Shown here piece by piece: positions 35,378-46,100 of a stretch of 47,301 nt of DNA. This stretch comes from Verrucomicrobiales bacterium. GTDB lineage: Bacteria > Verrucomicrobiota > Verrucomicrobiia > Verrucomicrobiales > V1-33. Under the pieces are notes generated by a model. That model had not been told where the DNA came from, searched no databases, and was given only the letters and a program-made list of their open reading frames with translations. Where the stretch lies: contig JANOAV010000197.1 in the NCBI GenBank assembly GCA_031411295.1, positions 1 through 47,301 on the forward strand. The letters are read 5' to 3'. Position numbers and translations under genes: made by a program. Every line of letters starts with the position of its first letter. The stretch's first letter is position 1.

Positions 35378-38300
35378 ATGTCAAAATTTGCGTGCCCTCT
35401 CTATTTCTCATTAATCCTAACCTGTGCGGCGGGCGATCCCTTCCAAGAACTGGTGCGACCAACCGAAGCCTTGACCGCAATGGAGGAACTGAAACAGCTC
35501 CACGTCCCGCCGGGCTTTACCATCGGACTCTACGCCAGCGAGCCGATGATCAATAAACCGATCAACCTCGCCTTCGATGCCAAAGGCCGACTGTGGGTCA
35601 CCAGCAATACCGAGTATCCCTTCCCGGCAGCCAGGGAACGCTGGTCCGATGAGACCGGGGCCTCAGTCAAAGACAGTCGAGACGCCATCAAGATTCTTGA
35701 AGACACCGATCACGATGGCAAGGCGGACAAGGTATCCAATTTTGTGGATGGCTTGAATGTCCCGATCGGCGTATTGCCCTTCGGTCAGGGTTGCATTGCC
35801 TGGAGCATTCCTAACATTTGGTATTTTGCGGATACCGATGGCGATGGGAAATGCGACCAACGCACCATTTTGTTTGGCCCGCTGGGCTATGAAAATGACA
35901 CCCATGGCAACGTCGCCAGTCTGCGCTTGGGAGCAGATGGCTGGGTGTATGCGACGCATGGTTTTGCCAATAAATCCCATTTCGAAGTGCGTCCGGAGAA
36001 CCTGCGCGGGCGCAAGCTGGGGGATCCCGGAACCACGCTTGATTTACAGTCGGGCAACGTGTTTCGGTTCCGACCCGATGGATCAGCGGTGGAAATCTGG
36101 GCGCATGGCCAAGTGAATCCGTTTGGCCTCTGCTGGGATGCTTGGGGAAATTTATACAGCGCGGATTGTCATTCCAATCCGCTGACGCAATTGATTCACC
36201 AGGCCTATTACCCCAGCTTCGGCAAGCCGGATGATGGACTGGGATTCGGTCCGGTGCTCTGTCCGCATACGCATGGCTCGACCGGCTTGTGCGGGGCGTT
36301 GTATCTCACGGGAAACCGCTGGGGCGAGGATTGGAACGATCATATGCTGCTGGGAAATTGCGTTACCTCCAAGATCAATCACGATTTCATAAACTATACT
36401 GGAGCCACCCCGCTGGCTCAGGAACGGCCGGACTTCCTAACTTCCGAAGATCCATGGTTCCGCCCGGTGGATCTTCAGTTCGGGCCGGATGGCGCACTGT
36501 ATGTGGCGGATTTCTATAACAAAATCATCGGTCACTACGAAGTGCCGCGTAACCATCCGGGGCGCGATCGTGAACGCGGCCGGATTTGGCGCATTGTGAA
36601 GCAGGATGGCAAAGCGCAACCGGACCCAGCCACTGCCCCGCAGCAGGAGGCGCAGACTTGGCGGTTCGGCAAACCTGACGGCAGCAAGGCTCTCAGCACG
36701 CTGCAAAATCCTAACGCGGCCCCGCAACTTCGTCGCATCGTGGCTGAGTGGTTGATTTCCCATCCGCAGCCGGATACAACTTTGGCCTTGCTCGCATTAA
36801 GCAGAAGCACTCCGGCCGATGATCCAACCCTGCGCCACACGCTGCGCTTGGCCTTGCGCAACACGCTGGCCCAGCCGGGAGGATTTACCGGATTGCCTGC
36901 CACCGAAGTTGATGAAGCGTTGCTCGCTCCGTTGATCGGATCGCTAACCACTCCGGAAGCCAGCGGTTGGTTGGTGAACTATTTAGTGAAGCATCCCCCT
37001 GCTCGGACGGAACTCGTTTCCACCTTGCGAACCTTGGCCCGCAATCTGCCCGAAACCGCGCAGGAAACGCTCGTGCAGTTGGTTAAAACGCAGTTTGCCC
37101 AAGATCTCGATGCCCAGGGCGAATTGCTGCAGACCCTGCTGCAAGGCATCAGCCAGCATGGATCGAAGCCCCAGCCCACCGTCATTGCCTGGGGCACTGA
37201 ACTGGCCGCCGCGCTCTCCACGAGCTTGGCTGCTGGCATCACGATCGATTGGTCAGGAGACACCGCCATCTTCGCCAACGATACCCGTCCCAAGGTCGGC
37301 GGCGGTGAACTAACCGTGCTCAGCAGCCTGCCGGCACCTCGCAGTCAGGAAATTGAAGTTCGCACGGGCACGCTGCGCAGCAGGTCCTTCGCTTGTCCGG
37401 CTAAACTCAGTTTGTGGATCTGCGGGCATAATGGGGAGCCAGGCCAGGCGGATTCGAAGCAGAACTTCGTGCGGGTGATGGACGCTAACACGGGCGAAGA
37501 ATGGGGTAAAGTATTCCCGCCCCGGGGGGACGCTGCTCGTCAGATCGAGTGGCGACTCCCGCAGCACGTAGGAAAACTGGCACGTCTGGAAATCACCGAT
37601 GGCGATTCCGGCAAGGCCTACGCTTGGCTGGCGTTCGGTGGCATAGAGCCCCCGGTAGTCTCGCTGAACCTCTCCAGTGACAGCCTGCGCTGGCAGCGTC
37701 TCGCGGAGCTTGCCTCCAGTTTCAAGCTCGCCAAATTCGCACCCGCCTTGGCGGCGGCCTTCAAACGGGAGGATATGACCGATGCAGTGCGTAAGACGAT
37801 TGCGCAAGCGCTAACGCAATTCCCTGAGCAGTCCCAACTGTTGGCGGATCTCTTCAAGACTTCCCCGAGCAGGCTGCAAAGCTTGCTCGCAGAAATGCTG
37901 GCAACGACAGTCAGTGGCGCGGAGAAACTCTGCGAAATCGCCCCACCCCGCTTGCTGGCCCAGGTAAATATTGCGCAGCAACTGGCCGCGCTGAAGCAAC
38001 CAAACTTGGACGCTAGGGTCAAGCAACTAACGAGCGACCTTCCGCCGGCCAATGCAGAACTAGAAGCGCTCCTGAAGACAAGATTGCAAGGTTTCCAAAC
38101 TGCCAAGCTCGCGGGCAAGGTGAATGCCACGACCGGCAAGGCGGTCTTCCAACAGCAGTGTGCGATTTGCCATCAGTTGGAGGAACAGGGAAAGCAAATC
38201 GGACCACAATTGGAAGGCACCAAAAATCGCGGAGCCGAACGCCTCTGCGAAGACATTCTGGACCCCAACCGAGCCGTCGATCCCAACTTCCATCTGCATA

Positions 38301-38521
38301 TCATCAAGCTCGATGATAATTCCGTGCTCGCAGGCCTCCAACGTCGCGAAGCAGGGGCTGCCCTTGTTTTGGCTGATGTCGCTGGCACCGAACACACCGT
38401 GCCCAAAGACCGTATCAAGGAAAACACTGAAAGTGCCCTCAGCCTAATGCCTCCAACCTTCGGCCAAACCATCCCCGAGGCTGACTTCTATCATTTGCTC
38501 AGCTACTTACTCGAACACTAA
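35378..38521 (+). CDS. PVC-type heme-binding CxxCH dehydrogenase-like protein
   Basis: KPINLAFDAKGRLWV, DTDHDGKAD, WFRPVDLQFGPDGALYVADFYNKIIGHYE, helical repeats, C-terminal CAICH...IGPQL...SLMP cytochrome c. Confidence 0.9.
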   Translation: MSKFACPLYFSLILTCAAGDPFQELVRPTEALTAMEELKQLHVPPGFTIGLYASEPMINKPINLAFDAKGRLWVTSNTEYPFPAARERWSDETGASVKDSRDAIKILEDTDHDGKADKVSNFVDGLNVPIGVLPFGQGCIAWSIPNIWYFADTDGDGKCDQRTILFGPLGYENDTHGNVASLRLGADGWVYATHGFANKSHFEVRPENLRGRKLGDPGTTLDLQSGNVFRFRPDGSAVEIWAHGQVNPFGLCWDAWGNLYSADCHSNPLTQLIHQAYYPSFGKPDDGLGFGPVLCPHTHGSTGLCGALYLTGNRWGEDWNDHMLLGNCVTSKINHDFINYTGATPLAQERPDFLTSEDPWFRPVDLQFGPDGALYVADFYNKIIGHYEVPRNHPGRDRERGRIWRIVKQDGKAQPDPATAPQQEAQTWRFGKPDGSKALSTLQNPNAAPQLRRIVAEWLISHPQPDTTLALLALSRSTPADDPTLRHTLRLALRNTLAQPGGFTGLPATEVDEALLAPLIGSLTTPEASGWLVNYLVKHPPARTELVSTLRTLARNLPETAQETLVQLVKTQFAQDLDAQGELLQTLLQGISQHGSKPQPTVIAWGTELAAALSTSLAAGITIDWSGDTAIFANDTRPKVGGGELTVLSSLPAPRSQEIEVRTGTLRSRSFACPAKLSLWICGHNGEPGQADSKQNFVRVMDANTGEEWGKVFPPRGDAARQIEWRLPQHVGKLARLEITDGDSGKAYAWLAFGGIEPPVVSLNLSSDSLRWQRLAELASSFKLAKFAPALAAAFKREDMTDAVRKTIAQALTQFPEQSQLLADLFKTSPSRLQSLLAEMLATTVSGAEKLCEIAPPRLLAQVNIAQQLAALKQPNLDARVKQLTSDLPPANAELEALLKTRLQGFQTAKLAGKVNATTGKAVFQQQCAICHQLEEQGKQIGPQLEGTKNRGAERLCEDILDPNRAVDPNFHLHIIKLDDNSVLAGLQRREAGAALVLADVAGTEHTVPKDRIKENTESALSLMPPTFGQTIPEADFYHLLSYLLEH

Positions 38522-38641
38522 TTCCCCGCCGTGGAGGGCGAGGTTACGAGACCAGCAGCTAGCCCAGCAGGAGCAAATCACGCCTCTCGACGAGGTAATT
38601 GCGCCCGCCGGAAGAAAATCAAAAAATCCTTATTTACAAAT

Positions 38642-38681
38642 GCAAGTAAGCACTTACATGTGAAAGCAAGTAACTACTTGC
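38642..38681. promoter_or_regulatory. Tandem palindromic TetR operator overlapping the promoter
   Basis: GCAAGTAAGCACTTAC (38642-38657, imperfect) and GCAAGTA-AC-TACTTGC (38666-38681, perfect 7-bp arms) directly before the TetR ATG. TTTACA -35-like hexamer at 38633-38638. Confidence 0.75.
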
Positions 38682-39302
38682 ATGCAAACCGAAACCCCGA
38701 AAAAACCCGAAGCCACCGCCACCCGTGAGCGCCTGATCCAGGCGGCCATGCAAGTCTTTGCCCGGGACGGGCTGCACGCAGCCACCACGCGAAGCATTGC
38801 GGAAGCAGCCGGGGTGAACGAGGTTACGTTGTTCCGTCATTTCCAAAACAAGGAAGGCCTGCTTTCGGCGGTCATGGTGCATGCGGTGCAATCCCATGCG
38901 CAGGAGGGATTGGATGATCAAGCGAAGTGGACGGGGAATTTGAAACAGAGCTTGCTGCATTTCGGACGAAATTTCTACGCCATGATCTCCCGGGACGAAC
39001 CCTTTCTTAGAACGATGATTGGCGAAGCGGGGCGGCATCCAGAACATGCCAAGAAGATCATCACCGATGCCGTGCGCCCAGTGCGGGCCAGGTTCATCGC
39101 CAACTTGGAAGCAGCCAGGAAGGCTGGCCAGGTGCGCAGGGGAATCGATCTTGGCGTGGCGGCGGATTCGTTCACTGGCATGTTATTTGGTGGCATGCTC
39201 CGCATCTCGGCAGGTTGTGCAGAAGGCTACACGGCCGAGGAGTATGTAAATACCAGCGTTGAAATCTTTGCCGCCGGCCTCGCACCAGTCGCGAAACCCT
39301 AA
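38682..39302 (+). CDS. TetR/AcrR-family transcriptional regulator
   Basis: RERLIQAAMQVFARDGLHAATTRSIAEAAGVNEVTLFRHFQNKEGLL helix-turn-helix. Confidence 0.95.
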   Translation: MQTETPKKPEATATRERLIQAAMQVFARDGLHAATTRSIAEAAGVNEVTLFRHFQNKEGLLSAVMVHAVQSHAQEGLDDQAKWTGNLKQSLLHFGRNFYAMISRDEPFLRTMIGEAGRHPEHAKKIITDAVRPVRARFIANLEAARKAGQVRRGIDLGVAADSFTGMLFGGMLRISAGCAEGYTAEEYVNTSVEIFAAGLAPVAKP

Positions 39303-39312
39303 TTTCCCCCAC

Positions 39313-40392
39313 ATGAAGTCCATCGTCTATATCACTTTCCTGGCATCCTTGCTTGCCAGTTGTTCACCTCATCCCGCAACCACCTCGGCCCCGACCTTGC
39401 ACACGGAACCGCCTGCGGTGGAGGTCGCCACGAGGCCTGCCGGGGAGCAACCGATGCCACGTTATCTCCGCGTCACAGGCGATCTGCAAGCCGCGCAACA
39501 AGCCATGGTGGCTTCTGATGGTTCGGGTAAAGTAGTCAGTGCACCCATTGAGCGTGGCAGCTTGGTGCAAAAAGGCGACCTCCTGATCAAGCTGGATGAT
39601 CGCAATGCCAAGCTTTCCCTGCAGGAAGCTGAAGCTGCCTTGGCCTCCACGCAGTCCAAGTTGGATTGGCAACGCAGTGAACTAACCCGCAACGAACCCT
39701 TGGCAAAAACCAAGGCGATTGCAGACAGCGATTTTCAGAAAATGAAGATCGAACTCGCTTCTGCGGAAGCCAATCAGGCTGCTTCCATGGCGCGGCGGGA
39801 CATGGCGCAGAAGGCGCTGGCAGACACCCATGTTCTGGCACCCTTTGCCGGAACCGTGGCAGAGCGTCTAACCGAGCTTGGGGAGTTCGTTACGAGCAAC
39901 TCGCCCGTGGCAAATCTGGTCGCGCTTGATCGCCTACGACTCACGCTGAACGTGCCAGAAACGGCCGTGGGACAGATTAAAGCAGGGCAGGAAGTCGGTT
40001 TCAGCGTGCCCGCATTTCCAGGACAAGCTTTCACCGGAACCCTGAAATTTATCGGAGCGTCGGTGCGGGCTGCTTCCCGTGATTTGGTAATCGAAGCCGA
40101 AGTAGCCAATGCCGATGGTAGGTTGAAGCCAGGGATGTTTGCGGAAGCCCGAATCGCCCTGAAGGAAGCTCCTGGAATCGTCATTCCCAGCACGGCACTC
40201 CTGCGGGATGGGAACACGCGGAAGGTATTCATTGTGCTGGATGGCCGCATTGTTGAGCGGCTAGTGGAAGTTGGTGAGACCAAAGGTGAGTTTCTGGAAA
40301 TCCGCCGTGGTCTGGCCAAAGGCGATGCGGTGATCGTGCAGCCCAACGCGGAAACGACCGATGGCCGCAAGGTCAACGTCGCGCAACGTTAA
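39313..40392 (+). CDS. RND efflux periplasmic adaptor subunit
   Basis: Lipobox LASC, lipoyl halves (GSLVQKGDLLIKLD; APFAGTV), LKPGMFA. Confidence 0.93.
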   Translation: MKSIVYITFLASLLASCSPHPATTSAPTLHTEPPAVEVATRPAGEQPMPRYLRVTGDLQAAQQAMVASDGSGKVVSAPIERGSLVQKGDLLIKLDDRNAKLSLQEAEAALASTQSKLDWQRSELTRNEPLAKTKAIADSDFQKMKIELASAEANQAASMARRDMAQKALADTHVLAPFAGTVAERLTELGEFVTSNSPVANLVALDRLRLTLNVPETAVGQIKAGQEVGFSVPAFPGQAFTGTLKFIGASVRAASRDLVIEAEVANADGRLKPGMFAEARIALKEAPGIVIPSTALLRDGNTRKVFIVLDGRIVERLVEVGETKGEFLEIRRGLAKGDAVIVQPNAETTDGRKVNVAQR

Positions 40393-40415
40393 TCATTTAC
40401 CCCCCTCTTAACATC

Positions 40416-43400
40416 ATGCAATGGTTAGCGGCTATCTCAGTTAAACGACCCGTCTTCGCGTCGGTTATCGTCCTCGTCTTTGTGGTTGTCGGCCTGTTAG
40501 GCTACACCAGACTTCCGGTGGATCGATTCCCCAAAGTGGATTTCCCCACGGTGTCTGTCGTGACGCGTTTGGACGGAGCGACGCCCAAGGAAATCGAGAC
40601 CGAGATTACCGATAAAATCGAAGAAGCGGTGAACACGATTAGCGGCATTGATGAGCTTAGATCCAGCTCCACGGAAGGCATTTCGCAGGTGTTGATCGCA
40701 TTCAATTTGGAAAAGAAAGTGGACGTAGCCGCGCAGGAAGTAAGAGACCGGGTGAACCGAATTATGTCGCTGCTACCGGAAGATGTGGACAACCCCATTG
40801 TGGAGAAAATGGACCCGGATGCAGAGCCCATCATGAGCATCTCCATTGTGGGTGAGAAGCCAGTGCGGGAGATCAGCGAGTATGCGGACAAAGTGCTGCG
40901 TCGCCAATTGGAAAGCGTGTCCGGGGTGGGGCAGGTGACCTTGCTGGGGGCAAGGAAACGGCAGATTAATCTGTGGCTGGATCCCGTGCGCTTGAAGGCC
41001 TTTGAACTCACCGCCATCGATGTGCAGTCAGCATTGCGGCAACAGAATGTGCAGATACCGAGCGGCAATGTTAAAAGTTCCGGCTACGAAACCGGCCTGC
41101 GCGTCTTGGGCAAAGTGCAAAGTGTGGCAGAGATTGGGCAACTGGTCGTCAAGGAACGCCAGGGTGGTTTGGTGCGTTTGAGCGATGTGGCCCGGGTGGA
41201 AGATGGGGCGGAGGATCTGCAAACTGTGGCCCGCCGCAATGGACAACCCACCGTTACTCTCTCGATCCGCAAGCAGTCAGGCGAGAATACTATTGCCGTA
41301 GTAGATGCGGTGAAGGAGCGCTTGGAGGATATTCGCAAAACCCTTCCCGCCAGTTTCAAAGTGGACATCGTGCGGGACAACTCCTTGATCATCCGGACCA
41401 GCACCGGGGCGGTGAAAGAACATTTGGTGCTCGGTTCGATTTTTGCTGCGTTGATTGTCCTATTTTTCCTGGGAAATGGGCGCGCCACCATCATTTCCGC
41501 ATTGGCGATTCCTACTTCCATCATCGCCAGTTTTGGGGTGATGTGGATTGGGAATGTGACCCTCAATTCCATTAGCCTGGTGGCATTGGCCTTGGCGGTG
41601 GGGATTGTGATTGATGATGCCATCATCGTAGTGGAGAACATTTTCCGACACATTCACGAAAAGAGGGAGGATCCCTTTACCGCTGCCATCAATGGCACCA
41701 AGGAAATTGGCCTGGCGGTTATGGCCACCACGCTCTCACTGCTGGCGGTGTTCGTGCCCGTGGCATTTCTGAGTGGGATCGTGGGGAAATTTCTCAGCAG
41801 CTTTGGACTGACGATGGCGTTTGCCATTGCCGTGTCGTTGCTGGTGAGCTTCACGCTGGCACCTGCGTTGTCAGCTCGGATGCTGAAACTGAGGAAGCCA
41901 AATTTCATCGAACGCTGGATGGAGAACTTGGTGAACGTGTTCTATCGCCCACTGGAGGCCATTTACATGAAGCTGTTGGGCTTTTCCATGCGGCATCGCT
42001 GGGTGATCGTGCTGGCTTGTCTGGCTGCCCTTATGAGCGTGCCGCCGATGATGAAGAAGGTGCAGAAGGCGTTGCTTCCCCCAGCGGAAGAAGCAGAGTT
42101 TCTCGTGCAGTTGCGCACCGCCGAAGGCACCACCCTGGCCGCTACCGACTTAACCGCAGAGCGCGTGGCGCGGGATATCCGGCGGATTCCTGGAGTGGAA
42201 TATACCCTGCTAACGATTGGCGATAACGATCAACGCACGCCGAACAAGGCGGCCATCTACGTGCGACTGATCGACCCCTCCCTGCGTCAGGAAACGCAGT
42301 TGGACCTGATGGATCAGGTGCGAAAAGAAGTGGTCGCCAAGTATCCTTCGGAGTTGCGCATGACCGTGCTGCAAGTGCCGCCATTTTCCACCGGTGAATC
42401 CAGTGCGACCGTGCAATACCTGATTGCCGGACCGGATCTGGATCGCATCAATCAAGCGGCCGAAGCAGCCCTGGTGGAAGTGCGGAAGATTCCTGGCATT
42501 CGTGACGTGGACTCCACGCTCATCAATGGCAAACCGGAACTAACTGTGAGTGTGGATCGCGCCAAGGCGGGACAGTTGGGGGTCAGTATTGCGGATCTTT
42601 CAACTGCGCTGCGCTTGTTGGTCGGAGGCGCAGACGTTTCCAGCTACAATGAAGGTGGCGAGCAGTATGACATCCATTTGCGAGCCGAGGAACAGTATCG
42701 CAACAGTCGGGAAGCCTTGAGTTTACTGACGGTGCCGTCCAGCAAGGGGGGATCGGTGGCGTTGGCGAATGTGGTTTCCTTCGAGCCTCGCGAAGGGCCA
42801 GCCGGGATCAATCGAGCGAACCGTCGTCGGCAAGTGACGATCACCGCCAACCCTGCACCCGGGTTAGGCGAAGCAGAGATTCAGGAGGCGATTGATGTCA
42901 TCGTGAAGCGACAAAATTTACCCGCTGAGTTTCAGACGGGCCCCACCGGGCGATCCAAGGAGTTGAAGAAGGCCGGGATCGCCTTCGTGACCGCGTTTGG
43001 GATGGCGTTTATTTTCATGTATCTGATTCTGGCTGCGCAGTTTGAATCTTGGATTCACCCATTCACGATCCTGCTGGCGCTGCCGTTGACGTTGCCCTTC
43101 GCGTTGCTGTCGCTGCTGTTGTTCGGGCAATCACTAAACATCTTTTCCGTGTTAGGGATTCTGGTCTTGTTCGGCATGGTGAAGAAGAACGGCATCTTGC
43201 AGATTGATCATACGAATCAACTTCGGGCTGAAGGAAAATCGCGTTTGGAAGCCATCATGCAGGCGAACAAGGATCGTCTGCGCCCCATCCTGATGACGAC
43301 CTTGGCGTTCGTGGCGGGGATGATTCCACTGATGTTTGCCAAGGGCGTTGGTGCTGCGTTTAACAATGCCACAGCGGGTGTGATCATTGGAGGGCAGACG

Positions 43401-43541
43401 TTGTCCCTGTTGCTGACGTTGCTGGCTACTCCGGTCTTCTACTCCATCTTTGATGACCTCATTACCTTTCGGAAACGTCGCGCGGAGCGGCGGGCGGTGG
43501 CCACTTTGGCGACGGCAGTTGCTCCTGAACCTCTCAATTAA
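40416..43541 (+). CDS. RND efflux permease (AcrB/AcrD/AcrF family)
   Basis: 1041 aa. [38 protein letters not shown]. Confidence 0.96.
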   Translation: MQWLAAISVKRPVFASVIVLVFVVVGLLGYTRLPVDRFPKVDFPTVSVVTRLDGATPKEIETEITDKIEEAVNTISGIDELRSSSTEGISQVLIAFNLEKKVDVAAQEVRDRVNRIMSLLPEDVDNPIVEKMDPDAEPIMSISIVGEKPVREISEYADKVLRRQLESVSGVGQVTLLGARKRQINLWLDPVRLKAFELTAIDVQSALRQQNVQIPSGNVKSSGYETGLRVLGKVQSVAEIGQLVVKERQGGLVRLSDVARVEDGAEDLQTVARRNGQPTVTLSIRKQSGENTIAVVDAVKERLEDIRKTLPASFKVDIVRDNSLIIRTSTGAVKEHLVLGSIFAALIVLFFLGNGRATIISALAIPTSIIASFGVMWIGNVTLNSISLVALALAVGIVIDDAIIVVENIFRHIHEKREDPFTAAINGTKEIGLAVMATTLSLLAVFVPVAFLSGIVGKFLSSFGLTMAFAIAVSLLVSFTLAPALSARMLKLRKPNFIERWMENLVNVFYRPLEAIYMKLLGFSMRHRWVIVLACLAALMSVPPMMKKVQKALLPPAEEAEFLVQLRTAEGTTLAATDLTAERVARDIRRIPGVEYTLLTIGDNDQRTPNKAAIYVRLIDPSLRQETQLDLMDQVRKEVVAKYPSELRMTVLQVPPFSTGESSATVQYLIAGPDLDRINQAAEAALVEVRKIPGIRDVDSTLINGKPELTVSVDRAKAGQLGVSIADLSTALRLLVGGADVSSYNEGGEQYDIHLRAEEQYRNSREALSLLTVPSSKGGSVALANVVSFEPREGPAGINRANRRRQVTITANPAPGLGEAEIQEAIDVIVKRQNLPAEFQTGPTGRSKELKKAGIAFVTAFGMAFIFMYLILAAQFESWIHPFTILLALPLTLPFALLSLLLFGQSLNIFSVLGILVLFGMVKKNGILQIDHTNQLRAEGKSRLEAIMQANKDRLRPILMTTLAFVAGMIPLMFAKGVGAAFNNATAGVIIGGQTLSLLLTLLATPVFYSIFDDLITFRKRRAERRAVATLATAVAPEPLN

Positions 43542-43551
43542 ATCGCTTCCT

Positions 43552-44949
43552 ATGAAACTCTCCACCATCGGCACTTTAATCACTGGGCTCGTGCTAACCT
43601 CCTGCAAAGTGGGGCCCAACTATCAGAAGCCTGACATTTCCGACATCACGCCCGCCCAATGGAAATGGCAACCCGCTGCGCCCAAGGATGCGGAGCCTCG
43701 GGGCGAGTGGTGGACGGTGTTTCGTGAGGGGGAACTGAATCGCTTGGAGAAGCTGGCGTTGCAAACAAATCAAGATTTGCGTGCGGCCATGGCCCGGCTG
43801 GATCAAGCGCGCGCCTTCGTTGGGGTGAGCAGTGCCGCTTACTCACCGGAAATCAGTTTCCAAGGAGGCGCCAAGCGGGAGAAGACTTCTGGTAATCCAC
43901 CTTCTCCGGTGCCGATCCCGATTCCCTCAGCCCAGTTGAATTCCTTTAGCGCTCCGCTGGCACTGAGCTACGAAATCGATCTCTGGGGGCGGGTGCGACG
44001 TTCCGTGGAATCAGCGCGAGCCACTGCGGATGCGACCAATGCGGACCTCCTGAGCGTGCAACTTTCCCTAACTGGGGAAGTGGCCGCCACGTATTTCCTG
44101 CTGCGCAGTTTCGATGCGGAACTCGTAGCGCTGCGGACCACGATGGCCACGCAGGAAAAGACGATTGGGCTGATTGAACAACGTTTCAAAGCCGGGACCG
44201 TGGCGGAAGCAGATTTTGCGAAAGCGAAAAGTGAGGTGGCCACCACGAAGGCAGATCTGGCGGATGTGAAACGGCAGCGGGAGGAAGCGCAAGCGACGCT
44301 GGCCGTGCTCTGTGGGCAGCCTGCCAGCACGTTTAGCGTCAAGGAGCATCCCATTGCTGGCAGCGCTCCGAAGATTCCGGTCGGCCTGCCTTCCAAGCTG
44401 CTGGAGCGTCGCCCGGATGTGGCTTCCGCCGAGCGGAAAGTGGCGGCTAAGAACGCCAGCGTGGGCGCTGCCATCGCAGGATATTTCCCAGCGGTCAGCC
44501 TGACCGGGCAAGCAGGATTTCTCAGCAAGGAAACGGCCAGTTTGTTCGATGCCGATTCCAAAGTCTGGTCCATTGGACCCAGTGTGAATCTGCCCGTGAC
44601 CGGCATTTTCGTGACCCAAGCCCGCGTGGCCAAAGTCAAGGCGGAGCGGGAGGAAGCCATTGCCGCCTATCGTCAAGCCGTGTTAGGCGCGATCAAGGAC
44701 GTGGAAACCTCGCTCACCCAGATCCGGTATCGGGGGGAGCAATCCGCCGCGCAGGCCGAGGCCGTGGCGGCCGCCGCCAAAGCCACCGAGCTCACCCGGC
44801 AGCGTTACGAAAGCGGCAGCGTCAGCTATCTCGAACTCCTCGACGCGGAACGCACCAGCCTGCTCCGTGAGCGCTTGGCCGCCCAAGTCAAAGCGCAGAG
44901 TCACATCGCCACGGTGCGGTTAGTGAAGGCGCTGGGTGGGGCATGGTGA
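43552..44949 (+). CDS. Outer membrane efflux lipoprotein (NodT/OprM family)
   Basis: Lipobox LTSC-KVGPNY, WW..F, YEIDLWGRVRR, LLERRPDV, LVKALGGAW. Confidence 0.95.
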   Translation: MKLSTIGTLITGLVLTSCKVGPNYQKPDISDITPAQWKWQPAAPKDAEPRGEWWTVFREGELNRLEKLALQTNQDLRAAMARLDQARAFVGVSSAAYSPEISFQGGAKREKTSGNPPSPVPIPIPSAQLNSFSAPLALSYEIDLWGRVRRSVESARATADATNADLLSVQLSLTGEVAATYFLLRSFDAELVALRTTMATQEKTIGLIEQRFKAGTVAEADFAKAKSEVATTKADLADVKRQREEAQATLAVLCGQPASTFSVKEHPIAGSAPKIPVGLPSKLLERRPDVASAERKVAAKNASVGAAIAGYFPAVSLTGQAGFLSKETASLFDADSKVWSIGPSVNLPVTGIFVTQARVAKVKAEREEAIAAYRQAVLGAIKDVETSLTQIRYRGEQSAAQAEAVAAAAKATELTRQRYESGSVSYLELLDAERTSLLRERLAAQVKAQSHIATVRLVKALGGAW

Positions 44950-45022
44950 GCCTGGTTGGCTCACACAGATGGCGCAAACTTCGCAGTTGAGTCGGTTTCC
45001 CAATGCGTCTAAGGAGGTGGCC

Positions 45023-46018
45023 ATGACATTCTCCGAACTCCACCGAATCTATCACCAGCCCTTCTTCGAACTTTTGAAACAGGGCCGTGCCGTGCATGAG
45101 GCCCATTGGCCCGCGCAGGAAGTGCAACTGTGCACGCTGCTTAGCATCAAGACTGGCGGCTGTAGTGAGGATTGTTCCTATTGTGCGCAAAGTGCGCGCT
45201 ACGATTCCGGCATCAAGGTGGAGAAATTGATGGAGAAATGTGACATCATGGAACGTGCCGAGGCCGCCCGGGCCAGTGGTTCCACTCGCTTCTGCATGGG
45301 CGCAGCCTGGCGTGGCGTGCGGATGGGCACGGAGCGCTTCGACAAAGTCATCGACATCGTGCGCGATGTCTCCAAGCTGGGGATGGAAGTCTGTGTGACG
45401 CTGGGCGAATTGGGGGCCAATGAAGCCGCGGCACTGAAGGAAGCGGGGGTTACCGCCTACAATCACAACGTCGATACTTCTCCGGAGCACTACACAAATA
45501 TCGTCACCAGTCACACCTATCAGGATCGCTTGAATACCATCCGCCATGCGCAAGATGCTGGCATGAGCATCTGTAGTGGGGGGATTCTCGGGCTGGGGGA
45601 GACGATCACGGATCGCCTTCGCATGTTGGAAATTCTCAGCGAATTCAACCCGCAGCCGGAAAGTGTGCCCATCAACAGCCTGATGCCCATGCCGGGCACG
45701 CCGATGGAAAATGAGGCGCAGGTGAATACGTTCGATCTCGTCCGTATGATCGCCACCACGCGCATCGCCATCCCCGGGGCTAAAGTCCGTCTTTCCGCAG
45801 GGCGGAAACGCTTGTCCAAAGAAGCGCAAGCCTTATGCTTCTTCGCAGGCGCGAACTCCATTTTCTACGGAGATAAATTGCTCACGGCGGCCAATCCAGA
45901 CACCGTGGCAGACCAAGAACTGCTGCGCGAATTAGGACTCAGTCCACAACAGCCCAACCCCGCCATGGAAGCTCCCAAAGCCTGCGAGACGCGGGAGTTG
46001 GAACCTGCGTTGTGCTAG
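45023..46018 (+). CDS. bioB: Biotin synthase (radical SAM)
   Basis: LLSIKTGGCSEDCSYCAQS, RFCMGAAWR, YNHNVDTS, PESVPIN, VRLSAGR, GANSIFYGDKLLT. AAGGAGG RBS at 45011-45017. Confidence 0.97.
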   Translation: MTFSELHRIYHQPFFELLKQGRAVHEAHWPAQEVQLCTLLSIKTGGCSEDCSYCAQSARYDSGIKVEKLMEKCDIMERAEAARASGSTRFCMGAAWRGVRMGTERFDKVIDIVRDVSKLGMEVCVTLGELGANEAAALKEAGVTAYNHNVDTSPEHYTNIVTSHTYQDRLNTIRHAQDAGMSICSGGILGLGETITDRLRMLEILSEFNPQPESVPINSLMPMPGTPMENEAQVNTFDLVRMIATTRIAIPGAKVRLSAGRKRLSKEAQALCFFAGANSIFYGDKLLTAANPDTVADQELLRELGLSPQQPNPAMEAPKACETRELEPALC

Positions 46019-46100
46019 GTAGGTGTGGAGCAGTCCGCTCGACGGTGCCAGAACGACATTCTACCTTGACCGCCATCCACAACCCGTTGACCTACCCCGC

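Noticed and set aside
44888..45829. 313-aa minus-strand ORF
   Set aside because: Antisense shadow of bioB.
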